Below, piece after piece: positions 19,430 to 29,345 of a stretch of DNA of 64,000 nucleotides; the first letter of the stretch is position 1, and every line of letters starts with the position of its first letter. A program made the position numbers and the translations under genes. The stretch lies in the IMG/VR virus record IMGVR_UViG_3300032116_014939, positions 178,065 through 242,064 of that record; one strand, written 5' to 3'. The notes beneath the pieces were generated by a model, which was not told the origin of the DNA, searched no databases, and worked only from the letters and a program-made list of their open reading frames with translations.

Positions 19430-21175
19430 TTATCTCCTTCCTCCGAATAACCATAAATAGTTTTCATAATCACTTTTTGTGGCTTCTCGTTTAAAGTTTT
19501 CTTGATGTTGAGGGACTACCGGGTCCATGAATTGTTTTCGATTATATTCATTTGTATTAACAGTCCATGAATTAATCATTGCCTTTGTTTGATTTGTTAC
19601 CTTATTAAGTGACGTAAATGATGATTCACCAACATAAAGAGCCATAGCTACTGACATAATTAAATCATCGTGTTGTCCTTTTTGGTGGTCAGGTCTTCCA
19701 TTTATATAAATAAATGTGTTCATTTCATTTAACAATCTACTTGAATTTATTTTAAAACCATGTCTTAAATATTCTTCAAAGGTTGCAATAATTTGAACTC
19801 TCTTAGCATTAAAGTTAATTCCTGGTATTTTTTCAGTAGCCTTTGGGTCATATTTCCATTTATTTGAGATATCTACACCGTCAACGTACATATTCTTATA
19901 CCCTAACTCTCTAAGTCTTAAGGACGTTGTAACACCCATACCACCTGTAATATCTATTACAATAAATGCGTTATACATATTACCCCATTTAAAACATATT
20001 TCCGCTAATGTGTCAGGAGGAAGTTTTCCAACATACTCAGCAACTTGTTCTCTTGTATCAAAATCAATGATTTGGAATGTTGAGAAGTCCTCACTATCCC
20101 CACGAGATACGTCAACACCCATAATGTATTTTTTACCCATTTCAGGTTCTTTCCAAATCCAAAGTCCACCACCCATCATCTTTGTGGATGGTTCTTTAAC
20201 CATATTAATTCTTAAATTTTCCAATAAATCCGAATCAAATACGTTATCCCCCGAACCAAGAAATGCACATTCTAATTCCTGACTAACTTTACGTTTGTCA
20301 TATTTAAGTTTTTTAACCATTGATTCATACCAAGAAGAACTTGGTTTATATCCCTGAGCAATCAATTGTCTTATTTCATCAAAGTTTTTTTCTTTATTGT
20401 TATAGTCAATAATTTCAACAGTTTGATATTCATTACGATTTAAATAATAATGAATAATATCTTTTACATTTATTAATGATAAATCTTTAGCATATCTTGG
20501 GTCTTTCCACCAAACCATTTCGGAAACTTTAAATTCATTCATTCCCTTTAACGCTTGGTCATATATACCATAATAAATTGGGTCATATCCATTTGGTGTT
20601 GATACAACTATAACCTTACCACCTGTGGATAAGGATGCCATACAAGCCGCCCAAAAATCATCATCGGCATCAATATACGCCGCCTCGTCAAATATCAAGA
20701 TTGTTGGTGTATAACCACGAAGAGCATCTTTAGATGTCGCAACTGCTTTAACTTCACATCCATTTGTTAATTTAAAATGTCTTTGTGAGTTTTTTTCAGC
20801 AGAAAAACCAACACCTACCCAACTAGGCCATTGTTCAGTAAATCCTCTAATTTTATTTGCAACCTCAACTGCTGTATCTAATTTGTTAGCAATAACCAAT
20901 ATTTTTTCAGGGCTATTCTTTTTAGCAAAAACAAGTTTTTTTGATGACCAAGCGGCTGTCACAGTTGATACACCTGCCTGTCGATACTTTAATGCAATAT
21001 TTTCGTTATAGTTTTCATAATCTTCAACCAAACTAACTTGGTCAGGAAATAATTCTAATGGGACATACTTTTGAACAGTGTTGTCATATGTCTGTAAATA
21101 AGTTTTAAGGGCGTATGGTGTTGATTTCATACACTTGGCATACTCCATTAAAACTGCTTCTCTTGATAAACTCAT
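19430..21175 (-). CDS. gp17: terminase large subunit, T4 gp17-like
   Basis: Walker A 'KYRQAGVST', Walker B 'LIFDEAA', 'VVSTPNG', nuclease motifs 'GVDVSRG' and 'HDDLIMS'. Confidence 0.96.
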   Translation of the reverse strand: MSLSREAVLMEYAKCMKSTPYALKTYLQTYDNTVQKYVPLELFPDQVSLVEDYENYNENIALKYRQAGVSTVTAAWSSKKLVFAKKNSPEKILVIANKLDTAVEVANKIRGFTEQWPSWVGVGFSAEKNSQRHFKLTNGCEVKAVATSKDALRGYTPTILIFDEAAYIDADDDFWAACMASLSTGGKVIVVSTPNGYDPIYYGIYDQALKGMNEFKVSEMVWWKDPRYAKDLSLINVKDIIHYYLNRNEYQTVEIIDYNNKEKNFDEIRQLIAQGYKPSSSWYESMVKKLKYDKRKVSQELECAFLGSGDNVFDSDLLENLRINMVKEPSTKMMGGGLWIWKEPEMGKKYIMGVDVSRGDSEDFSTFQIIDFDTREQVAEYVGKLPPDTLAEICFKWGNMYNAFIVIDITGGMGVTTSLRLRELGYKNMYVDGVDISNKWKYDPKATEKIPGINFNAKRVQIIATFEEYLRHGFKINSSRLLNEMNTFIYINGRPDHQKGQHDDLIMSVAMALYVGESSFTSLNKVTNQTKAMINSWTVNTNEYNRKQFMDPVVPQHQENFKREATKSDYENYLWLFGGRR

Positions 21176-21207
21176 ATACTATAAATATAAAATTTATCTT
21201 AAAATAG

Positions 21208-21233
21208 AAAACCCTTCATCTCTGAAGGGTTTT
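21208..21233. terminator. intrinsic terminator
   Basis: AAAACCCTTCA-tctc-TGAAGGGTTTT. Confidence 0.8.
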
Positions 21234-21240
21234 AAAGTTT

Positions 21241-22536
21241 TTAGTTGATGCCTAATCCTTTTAAGAAATCATCAAAATCCTCATCATCATCGTCGTCATC
21301 ATCCTCATATTTCTTCATAGTATCTTCATATTCTTCTTCTTTAAGTTCAGCAATGATTTCATCAACCATATCTTTTACCATTTTCTTTCCTTTTGGTGAA
21401 CCTGATAAAATTTCACGAGCCATTGCAAAGAATTCGTTTGGGGTAAGTTCGGCAAACTTAACAAGGAAATATTGTTGTAAGTTTCTCTTATCATCATCAA
21501 ACAATTCATCAGGATAAGCTTCACGAAACTTTTGCCAAATAACCGGCCCTAATCTCATATCCCAAATTTCACCAACAACAGTATCTTGTGATTTAATAAC
21601 CGCTTCTTGTCTTGTCTTATCTTTCGGTAATCCGTATGTTCCTGCAATTTCCATAACACCTTTAGCAAGTTCATGAATAAGGATTGGTAAATTAACACCA
21701 CGAGCCTTTACTGTCGGTGGGTCAGTCTTAGCGTCTAACTCAGACATACCATATGTCGATTCTCCACCACCTGCCATACCTTGAACCATTGAGTCAGGCA
21801 TTAACCAATAAAGTGAATCAGCAAATGACATAAAGACACCATACATATTCAATAATCTTGGGTTAATAGCATTTAACTCTCTATTTAATAATTCAAACAT
21901 ATAAGAAGATTGTTTAGCCGCTCCTTGAATAAGGGAGTTTATAAACCTTCTTTTAGCCTTTTCTAAATCAAATTTTTCAAATGAATCCATGAAATCCTCA
22001 AGTTGTTCTTGTTCTTCTTCAGAACCAAACATGTTTTCAATTTCTTCTTCACTTGGTTCTTCACCTTTAGCAGATAACTTACTTGAATCAATGTCATTTG
22101 GTTTAACCAACTGAACATCATACTGTAATGCTCCTTCAGGAATACCAAATTCCTTTTGAACAACCTCAATTGCTAATTCTTCCAAGTATTCTTTGTTTTC
22201 AGATTCAATCTGAGCGATTTCTTGCATAGCGTTCATCACCATCATTTGAAGTCTCATCATTGAATTCTGCGAAGTCACATCTTCAATACCTGTATATCTT
22301 TTTAATCTGTTAATAACCTCTTTAAATCTTTGAGACGCAATAAGTTGTTCAAAGTTAGATGGTTTATCCGGACTTTCAGGTGTTATTTCAGGAAATGCTT
22401 TACTACCTGAATGAGGTGTTTCACCTTTCTCAAATTTAGATTGAATATCAGGTGCCATTCTTTCAGGGCCTTCATATCCGATAGGTGCCTCATTAAGTCG
22501 ACTAACCAATCTTTTTACTAATTTTTCTTTTTTCAT
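21241..22536 (-). CDS. hypothetical protein, probably an internal head protein
   Basis: About 431 aa; leader ending 'RLNE', acidic tail, 'IHELAKGVME' motif. Confidence 0.75.
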   Translation of the reverse strand: MKKEKLVKRLVSRLNEAPIGYEGPERMAPDIQSKFEKGETPHSGSKAFPEITPESPDKPSNFEQLIASQRFKEVINRLKRYTGIEDVTSQNSMMRLQMMVMNAMQEIAQIESENKEYLEELAIEVVQKEFGIPEGALQYDVQLVKPNDIDSSKLSAKGEEPSEEEIENMFGSEEEQEQLEDFMDSFEKFDLEKAKRRFINSLIQGAAKQSSYMFELLNRELNAINPRLLNMYGVFMSFADSLYWLMPDSMVQGMAGGGESTYGMSELDAKTDPPTVKARGVNLPILIHELAKGVMEIAGTYGLPKDKTRQEAVIKSQDTVVGEIWDMRLGPVIWQKFREAYPDELFDDDKRNLQQYFLVKFAELTPNEFFAMAREILSGSPKGKKMVKDMVDEIIAELKEEEYEDTMKKYEDDDDDDDEDFDDFLKGLGIN

Positions 22537-22537
22537 C

Positions 22538-23437
22538 TTACTCACCTTTTAATTTAATATTCATTTTACCAAAACTCAAATAAGATGGTAATTCACCTTT
22601 TGGTCTTGGTTCAGTGTCTGGTGCTGGTTTGAAAGGATTTTTTCTAGTCGGAGTAGTTGTCTTTTCCTTTTCCTTAGTTCTTTCTTTTTCTTTTGTACCA
22701 GAACCTTTTGGTCTTGGTTCAGTGTCTGGTGCTGGTTTGAAAGGGTTTTTTCTCGTAGGAGTTGTTGTTTTTTCTTTTTCTTTTGTTCTTTCTTTTTCTT
22801 TTGTTTGTGATTCCAAAATACTTCTGATTAAATCTTTTTTTGTCATAGATGGTCTTAAATTTTCTTCAATGATTTCTCTCATTTTTCGTTCCAAAATAAC
22901 TTCATATGGATTTTTACCTTCTTTTAATGACTTTTTGACATCAAGAACACATCTTTCAAATTTCTTATCTTCACCTTTAGTGTAATCGTCTTTCTTTTTA
23001 CCTTCTAAACCCAATGATGATGTACAGATAGCCCAAGGATTTTTTTCAACTTTCTTTTTTGTTTTTTTCTTACCCTCAGTCATTTCACCTTCAGCTGTTG
23101 ATATTTTTAAAACTCCGTTTTCCACTTTAGCGGTTGATGGTTTGTTAGGGTCATTTGATTTTGGAATTACCGCCCCTTTATTTTGAATATCCGATAAAGG
23201 TATATTTGTTGTTGTTGTTATATCTTTAGTTTGGGTAATTGCTTCTTTAGTTTCAGATTTTTTACCACTCGAAAACATATTCCCAATAGGTTTATTCATT
23301 TTACCATAACCAATAAATCCATGGGCATTAACCATAGATTCATATAAGGTATTAATTTGTTTTGGAGATTGTTTACTTAAATTTTCTTTAGTAAAACCTA
23401 TCTCAACTAATTTTTGAATTTGTTTTTTTATTTCCAT
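22538..23437 (-). CDS. basic protein with a duplicated 36-aa repeat
   Basis: ATG at 23437 preferred; C-terminal duplication of TKEKERTKEKEKTTTPTRKNPFKPAPDTEPRPKG. Confidence 0.75.
   Translation of the reverse strand: MEIKKQIQKLVEIGFTKENLSKQSPKQINTLYESMVNAHGFIGYGKMNKPIGNMFSSGKKSETKEAITQTKDITTTTNIPLSDIQNKGAVIPKSNDPNKPSTAKVENGVLKISTAEGEMTEGKKKTKKKVEKNPWAICTSSLGLEGKKKDDYTKGEDKKFERCVLDVKKSLKEGKNPYEVILERKMREIIEENLRPSMTKKDLIRSILESQTKEKERTKEKEKTTTPTRKNPFKPAPDTEPRPKGSGTKEKERTKEKEKTTTPTRKNPFKPAPDTEPRPKGELPSYLSFGKMNIKLKGE
22595..22806 (-). repeat. tandem 108-bp (36-codon) duplication
   Basis: ACCTTTTGGTCTTGGTTCAGTGTCTGGTGCTGGTTTGAAAGG begins at 22595 and at 22703. Confidence 0.9.
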
Positions 23438-23822
23438 CTTCTTCAAACTCTTTATAAAATTCAAGGATTATATCCTTTTCATATAATTTATCTTTAACTT
23501 GTTGTTCAGTCATTCCAAAGTGAAAAACTAATCTTTCATCTTTATCACTATCTTTTTCCCAAGCTAAAGCTACCACATTATCTAACGCATCTTTCATACA
23601 AAAAAAATCGGAGTTTTGAATGAGCTCCATATCTATTCCGTCTCTATTCAATACTCCTACTTTTTTAATTTCTTCAGTATCAGGTGGTGTTGGGTTTCCG
23701 TTAGCTGGAACTGTGTCCCAATCATCACCAAATACTTCAGTTGTTTGTGAGAAAATAAACTCATAAGTTTTATTTCCTCTATAATTTGCCCCTAATCCGT
23801 TAACAAAAACTAAATAACTCAT
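23403..23822 (-). CDS. hypothetical protein
   Basis: 139-aa ORF coupled to its neighbours. Confidence 0.75.
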   Translation of the reverse strand: MSYLVFVNGLGANYRGNKTYEFIFSQTTEVFGDDWDTVPANGNPTPPDTEEIKKVGVLNRDGIDMELIQNSDFFCMKDALDNVVALAWEKDSDKDERLVFHFGMTEQQVKDKLYEKDIILEFYKEFEEDGNKKTNSKIS

Positions 23823-25075
23823 AGGATATTACCTTTTGGAGATACCTTAAGTTGTTTGTTTTTATTTTCAAATACTAAATTACCTTTATTAGTTTTACCT
23901 ACAAAAGTTACAAACGGGAAATTGTTAACAATCTTTTTTGATATTTCAGCTTGAGCTTCAGTTAAAGATAATCTTTCAATTTCTTTATTATACTTAATCT
24001 TTCTTGATTCTGAAATAACTTTTTGTTCTTTTTTCTTTTCTGTAATAAATTTCTTTTCATTTTCATTAATTACAACATAACCTTTAAGAACTTTTTCAAT
24101 TGTAGATTCTTTAAAAATACTTTTAAGAGCGGATTCTACATAACTTTCTTCGTTGAATTCCCCTTCGTCCATCCAACCTTCATCCATTTCACCTTCAGGT
24201 TCTGCAATTGGTTCTTCCTCAGAAGACATTTCAGGTTCTTCACTTGACATTTCATCTTCAGATGAACCCATATCTTCCATTCCGTAGTCAGATTCTTCTT
24301 CACCTTCAAATCTTGTTAAGATTTCTTCTTTATCATCTTCATCTAATGATGATAAATCTAAAGAAGATAATATTGAATTAATAACATATTTTACATCTTT
24401 ACTTGATAACTCTTCCTCACCTGAATAATCTCTAATTTTTTGAGCTAACTTTCCTGTTAACTTTTGGATAGATTTAAATGTAACTGGTTCACCTTCTCCA
24501 CCTTCTGATGGTAATTCATCCATATCTGATGGTTCTTCCATACCCATTTCATCTCCTTCAGGAGCAATTGGTAAATCGTCACCCATATCAGTACCCATAT
24601 CAGAATCCATAGATGGTTCTGCAGGTGCTGGAGTTTCCTCAGGTGCCGGTGGAGGTAAATCTGAAGGTTCTTCAGCTGGAGCTTCCATTTCAGGCTTTGG
24701 TGTTTTTAACATGTATTTCTTATCTTCAGTGAATAAAGAAATTCCTTCACTAATACCGTTAACTCTATTAATTTCACCAGCCATTAAATTTAATTTTCTC
24801 ATAGCCGCCGAGTATGAAGAAAAGTGTTTTCTATTCTTCATGTGGTCAATATAATCTGAAACAGATTCACTGATTTGTTTTTTGATAATATAACCTAATC
24901 TTTCTTTTACAATTTCATAGGTGTTACCATCAGCTAATGTTACTCTGTAATCAACTGAAGATGTTTCATTAATTGAATTTGGAATATTCTCGTTATAACG
25001 AGCGATTTCCATAATTCTTTGGATTTTATCCATACCTTGTAGTTTTTCACTACCAATTGGTTTTAGTTTGCTCAT
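23819..25075 (-). CDS. acidic, Pro/Glu-rich probable internal head protein
   Basis: 418 aa with low-complexity acidic linkers and several I/L-x-E sites. Confidence 0.7.
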   Translation of the reverse strand: MSKLKPIGSEKLQGMDKIQRIMEIARYNENIPNSINETSSVDYRVTLADGNTYEIVKERLGYIIKKQISESVSDYIDHMKNRKHFSSYSAAMRKLNLMAGEINRVNGISEGISLFTEDKKYMLKTPKPEMEAPAEEPSDLPPPAPEETPAPAEPSMDSDMGTDMGDDLPIAPEGDEMGMEEPSDMDELPSEGGEGEPVTFKSIQKLTGKLAQKIRDYSGEEELSSKDVKYVINSILSSLDLSSLDEDDKEEILTRFEGEEESDYGMEDMGSSEDEMSSEEPEMSSEEEPIAEPEGEMDEGWMDEGEFNEESYVESALKSIFKESTIEKVLKGYVVINENEKKFITEKKKEQKVISESRKIKYNKEIERLSLTEAQAEISKKIVNNFPFVTFVGKTNKGNLVFENKNKQLKVSPKGNIL

Positions 25076-25081
25076 AATTTT

Positions 25082-25270
25082 TTAACTATTTAATCCGTTA
25101 AAACCGCCTATTGTTACGGCATTTAATTGTACTACAGTATCTCCTGAAATTGTTCCACCTCCATATGTTGGGTGTGGTTGTAACGTTGATGTACAACTAT
25201 TACATGCGGTTCCACCTGTAGTGTTGTTAATAACTACATATGTATATGTTCCTGAAGAATACTGCGCCAT
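25082..25270 (-). CDS. small Thr/Gly-rich virion-like protein
   Basis: 62 aa; TATTTAT motif upstream. Confidence 0.6.
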   Translation of the reverse strand: MAQYSSGTYTYVVINNTTGGTACNSCTSTLQPHPTYGGGTISGDTVVQLNAVTIGGFNGLNS

Positions 25271-25303
25271 AATATTATTTTTTCTTTATAAATATAAGGA
25301 AAA

Positions 25304-26065
25304 TTAAGATTTTTTTAGATTAAGTAAAAAATCTATCTTTTGTTCCATCAGTGATAATTCTTTATCGACCAATTTATTCTCTAAATTAAATAGTTTTTCC
25401 AAATAATCACTTCTTCTTAAGTACTTAAAGACCAAATTTTCATATGAATATTCACCATCTTTTTTAAGACCTGAACTTCTATATTTTTTAAGTTTTTCTT
25501 TAAATTTTTTAATATATTCTCTTGCTTCATCGATATCTTTCTCCGATGCGTTATCAACCACAGTATCAATCTGTGTTTTCCAGTGATTAATTTTCGACTT
25601 TAATAATTTAGTATCAATACTAACTTCCTCTTTTTCAGGTTTAACCAACCACTCATCATATAACACAGAATAAACACCTGAACTAAAATGTGACTCACTT
25701 TCATTCTGAACATAAAGTTCAACTTCATATCCAAAAATTTTAATATCGTGATTGGTATTAAAAATTGTTTTTTTCACTTTAAACAACTCTTCATATAGTG
25801 GAAGTTCTGTATCTGAAAATTGAATAAAATCAGAAACAACGTGAAGGTCGATATCAGAATACTCTGACCAATTATAATTTGCTAATGAACCTGTAAAAAT
25901 TACATCTTCAACTAAAATAGGTACTCCGATAAAATCAACAAATTCATTTGCTGTGTGAAGTAATTTTTCTCTTACTTCTTTACGCAACTTCATGTTCTCA
26001 TCCCAAATTTTTGAGTTGAGTTTATCTTGAGCAAAAAAACTTTTAATGATATTATTGTCTTTCAC
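25304..26065 (-). CDS. nucleotidyltransferase (Pol-beta superfamily)
   Basis: 'IFTGSLANYNWSEYSDIDLHV' GS-x-DxD motif plus 'VELYVQ' third acidic strand. Confidence 0.8.
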   Translation of the reverse strand: MKDNNIIKSFFAQDKLNSKIWDENMKLRKEVREKLLHTANEFVDFIGVPILVEDVIFTGSLANYNWSEYSDIDLHVVSDFIQFSDTELPLYEELFKVKKTIFNTNHDIKIFGYEVELYVQNESESHFSSGVYSVLYDEWLVKPEKEEVSIDTKLLKSKINHWKTQIDTVVDNASEKDIDEAREYIKKFKEKLKKYRSSGLKKDGEYSYENLVFKYLRRSDYLEKLFNLENKLVDKELSLMEQKIDFLLNLKKS

Positions 26066-26085
26066 AAATAATAAATATCTGTAAA

Positions 26086-26328
26086 TTACAATCTTTTATA
26101 TTTGTAAGCCTTTGCGATGTTTTTACTAAAATAACTTCCTTGTGATTCCGCCATTCTAAAACGAGTATATACTTCGTGTGGTACATCGTCATACTCATAT
26201 TGAATACCTGTCTTAAAATCAACAATTAACTTCTTAGATTCAGTGTTATAATCAGTTTTAGTAATGTTTGATGACTCGATTTCACAAATGATGTTAGTTC
26301 CTTTGATTGTTTCTTTAAGAATTGCCAT
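26086..26328 (-). CDS. KTSC domain protein
   Basis: 'ESSNITKTDYNTESKKLIVDFKTGIQYEYDDVPHEVYTRFRMAESQGSYF'; ATG at 26328 preferred. Confidence 0.9.
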   Translation of the reverse strand: MAILKETIKGTNIICEIESSNITKTDYNTESKKLIVDFKTGIQYEYDDVPHEVYTRFRMAESQGSYFSKNIAKAYKYKRL

Positions 26329-26418
26329 AACTTTTTTTTGTAAGTATAAAAAAAATTGTATTAGTTTTGTAGTTGAATTTAACAAGAAAATAAATTAATC
26401 TTAATCAAAACAATTTTT

Positions 26419-28482
26419 ATGACAGATTCAGTTGATGAAGGTGGAAAACTACCAAAAAAGACAGAGGTAAACTCAAGTACACCTGTTCTAGACAATTTTA
26501 GTCGTGACCTTATTAAACTTGCCGAGGAAGGTAAATTAGACCCAGTTGTAGGTAGGGAAAACGAAATATTACGAATTGCACAAATTCTTTCAAGAAGAAA
26601 GAAAAATAACCCAATTATTATTGGTGAACCTGGTTGTGGTAAGACCGCAATTGTTGAGGGGTTGGCTATGAAGATTTTTGAAGGTGATTGTCCAAGAAAC
26701 CTAATTGATAAACGTATTTTATCATTAGAGATGAATTCGGTAATTGCCGGAACAAAGTATCGTGGTCAATTTGAAGAACGATTAAAGGTTATCTTGGAAG
26801 AAATTCAGGCAAACCCTAATGTTATTCTATTCATTGATGAAATCCATACTATTGTAGGAGCGGGTAACGCATCAGGTTCAATGGATGCATCTAACATTCT
26901 AAAACCTGCATTATCAAGAGGTGAAATACAATGTATTGGAGCAACAACATTGGATGAGTACAAGAAACAAATTGAAAAGGACGGAGCGTTAGATAGACGT
27001 TTCCAAAAAGTAATAGTTAGTTCTTCAACCAAAGAAGAAACATTACAAATCCTTAAGAATGTTAAAGACAGATATGAAAATTATCACAAGGTAAATTACA
27101 CTGATGAAATTTTACAAATCTGTGTTGATTTGGCGGAACGATATATCACAGACAGAGAGTTCCCTGATAAAGCGTTTGACATCTTGGATGAGGTTGGAGC
27201 AAGAGCTCAGGTAGATGTGAAAAATCCTGAAATTATTGATGAATTAAAACGTCAGGCATTAGAAATTAAACAACAAAAATTACTTGTTGTTAAAAAACAG
27301 AATTACGAAGAAGCCGCAAACTTAAGAGATAAAGAAAAGAAAGTTTTATCACAACTCGATATTGAAAAGAAAAAGTTTGAACAAACTCTTTTAGATAATA
27401 GAAAAACAATTTCTGAAGAATTGGTTTATGAGGTAGTGTCAACAATGACAAAAATACCTTTAACTAAACTTAATTTAGATGATAAAGTTGCTCTTATTAA
27501 TTTAGAAGAAGAGTTAAACAAATCAGTAGTTGGACAAAAAGATGCTGTTACTAAAATTGCAAAATCTATTCGTAGAAATAGATTAGGTATCAAAGACCCA
27601 AATAAACCAATTGGTTCATTTATATTCTTAGGTTCAACAGGTGTTGGTAAGACATTGTTGGCTAAAGAATTGGCTAAACAAATTTTTGGAAGTGAGGAAA
27701 ACCTTATCCGAGTTGATATGTCTGAATTCCAAGAAAAACATACCGTATCTCGTTTGATTGGTTCACCTCCTGGTTATGTTGGATATGATGAAGGTGGACA
27801 ACTTACAGAACAAGTAAAAACCAAACCATATTCTGTAGTATTATTTGACGAGGTTGAGAAAGCCCACAAAGATATCTTCTCAGCATTACTTCAACTATTA
27901 GACGAAGGTTACATGACGGATAGTTTTGGAAGAAAAATCAATTTCAAAAACTGTTTAATCATCATGACTTCAAATCTTGGGGTGAAAAAGATGCAAGAGT
28001 TTGGTGCAGGTGTTGGATTTAGTAAGACAGGTAATGTTTACACCAATGAAGAACTTAAGAAAACGATGTTGAATAAAGAATTGAAGAATCACTTCGCACC
28101 TGAGTTCATCAATCGTTTGGATGAAGTAATTGTATTCAACACACTTCAAAATGACGATATCCAAAAGATTGTTTTGGTTGAAATTAACAAACTAAAAACT
28201 CGTCTATTAAACTTGGGTTACAACATTAATTTTGGTCAATCAGTAATTGACTTTGTTTCAAAAGTAGGATTTGATGATGTTTACGGAGCACGTCCTCTAA
28301 AGAGAGCAATCCAAGAAAAGATTGAAGACTACATTTCAGATGAAGTATTACGTGAAAAAATTGTATTAGGTAAGACTTATAATATCGAAATCAATGAAGA
28401 AGAGGTTTCAATAACAGAAGTTGAAGTCCAACCTGATGAAACACCAAAAGTGAAAAGACCAAGAAAGAAAAAGGGGGAATAA
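26419..28482 (+). CDS. clpC: ClpC-type AAA+ unfoldase lacking the N-terminal Clp-N domain
   Basis: Two AAA modules (GEPGCGKT, FIDEIH; GSTGVGKT, LFDEVEKAH), short UVR-type middle coiled coil, ClpP-docking 'VGF' loop; sequence starts just before 'LDNFSRDL'. Confidence 0.92.
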   Translation: MTDSVDEGGKLPKKTEVNSSTPVLDNFSRDLIKLAEEGKLDPVVGRENEILRIAQILSRRKKNNPIIIGEPGCGKTAIVEGLAMKIFEGDCPRNLIDKRILSLEMNSVIAGTKYRGQFEERLKVILEEIQANPNVILFIDEIHTIVGAGNASGSMDASNILKPALSRGEIQCIGATTLDEYKKQIEKDGALDRRFQKVIVSSSTKEETLQILKNVKDRYENYHKVNYTDEILQICVDLAERYITDREFPDKAFDILDEVGARAQVDVKNPEIIDELKRQALEIKQQKLLVVKKQNYEEAANLRDKEKKVLSQLDIEKKKFEQTLLDNRKTISEELVYEVVSTMTKIPLTKLNLDDKVALINLEEELNKSVVGQKDAVTKIAKSIRRNRLGIKDPNKPIGSFIFLGSTGVGKTLLAKELAKQIFGSEENLIRVDMSEFQEKHTVSRLIGSPPGYVGYDEGGQLTEQVKTKPYSVVLFDEVEKAHKDIFSALLQLLDEGYMTDSFGRKINFKNCLIIMTSNLGVKKMQEFGAGVGFSKTGNVYTNEELKKTMLNKELKNHFAPEFINRLDEVIVFNTLQNDDIQKIVLVEINKLKTRLLNLGYNINFGQSVIDFVSKVGFDDVYGARPLKRAIQEKIEDYISDEVLREKIVLGKTYNIEINEEEVSITEVEVQPDETPKVKRPRKKKGE

Positions 28483-28495
28483 ACCCCCTTTTTTT
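28468..28495. terminator. bidirectional intrinsic terminator
   Basis: AAGGGGG-aataaa-CCCCCTTTTTTT between convergent genes. Confidence 0.8.
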
Positions 28496-28499
28496 ATGA

Positions 28500-29318
28500 T
28501 TAAAAATTAAACATTTGTGAATTATGTATGAATTGGTATTTCTGTTTACCAAGTTCTTCGATTAGTTTTTTACCTGTATTCATACCAGCAAAAACTTCAT
28601 GGACAACAACATACTCATTTGGTGTGTGATAGTTATGATATCCGATTGAGAAGTTGATACAAGAGAAGTCAAACTTCTTACGAAGTTGCCAAACATCAGT
28701 GTAAGGGTGTTGCATATATTTTGGTTCAGACAACATACCTTCAGAAAGAACTTTTTTAGCTTTTGTTTCAAATTCAGAATCCGTTTCAAATACTTTAACA
28801 CCATAACAATATTCTGTTACCATGTAGTCGTCAGGAGCGTCAAATTGAATTGCGTAACCTACATTACTAAAGAAATCTCTGTCAGCTTCTTTTGAACCCA
28901 AACAACCAACTTCTTCAGATACAAATAAAGCAACTTTAATTACATCAAAGACTTCCAATAACTGAAGACAAGCAAACACTCCACACTTATCATCACCACC
29001 AATACCTGTTGGGTTACCCAAATCGTTATATGCCTTAAGAGATAAACTTAGATTACCTTTTGAATCTTTAAGTTGTTCTTCATGGATATTGATTGTGTCA
29101 ATGTTATGAACCGTATCGGTATGTGCGACAATACAAGGATAAAATTCACCCTCGTTTATTTCACCCTTTGTGACATAAACATTTCCAAAGTCATCAACTT
29201 TAAAATTGTGTTTTTTTTCGGTTAAATATTCAACCAAAAATTCAATCATTAAATCTTCTTTAAATGATTTTGTAGGTATTGACAATACCTTTTTTAAGAA
29301 ATCAACATTTTCTATCAT
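28500..29318 (-). CDS. zinc metallopeptidase, M20/M28/M42 clan
   Basis: 'AHTDTV', 'GIGGDDKCG', 'SEEVGCLGS', 'GYHNYHT'. Confidence 0.85.
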   Translation of the reverse strand: MIENVDFLKKVLSIPTKSFKEDLMIEFLVEYLTEKKHNFKVDDFGNVYVTKGEINEGEFYPCIVAHTDTVHNIDTINIHEEQLKDSKGNLSLSLKAYNDLGNPTGIGGDDKCGVFACLQLLEVFDVIKVALFVSEEVGCLGSKEADRDFFSNVGYAIQFDAPDDYMVTEYCYGVKVFETDSEFETKAKKVLSEGMLSEPKYMQHPYTDVWQLRKKFDFSCINFSIGYHNYHTPNEYVVVHEVFAGMNTGKKLIEELGKQKYQFIHNSQMFNF

Positions 29319-29345
29319 AGCTCATAAAGATAAGCTATTTTTCTA

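Noticed and set aside
19430-21175. Intein or intron in terminase, portal or capsid genes
   Set aside because: All are single continuous ORFs; no intein splice motifs or embedded LAGLIDADG motifs were noticed.
23403-23464. Programmed frameshift joining 23403-23822 to 22538-23437 at an A-rich overlap
   Set aside because: The downstream gene has its own ATG (23437) and short overlaps are common here; no stimulatory structure was seen.
26419-28482. ClpB assignment
   Set aside because: The middle domain is the short UVR type and a ClpP-docking VGF loop is present, which fits ClpC.
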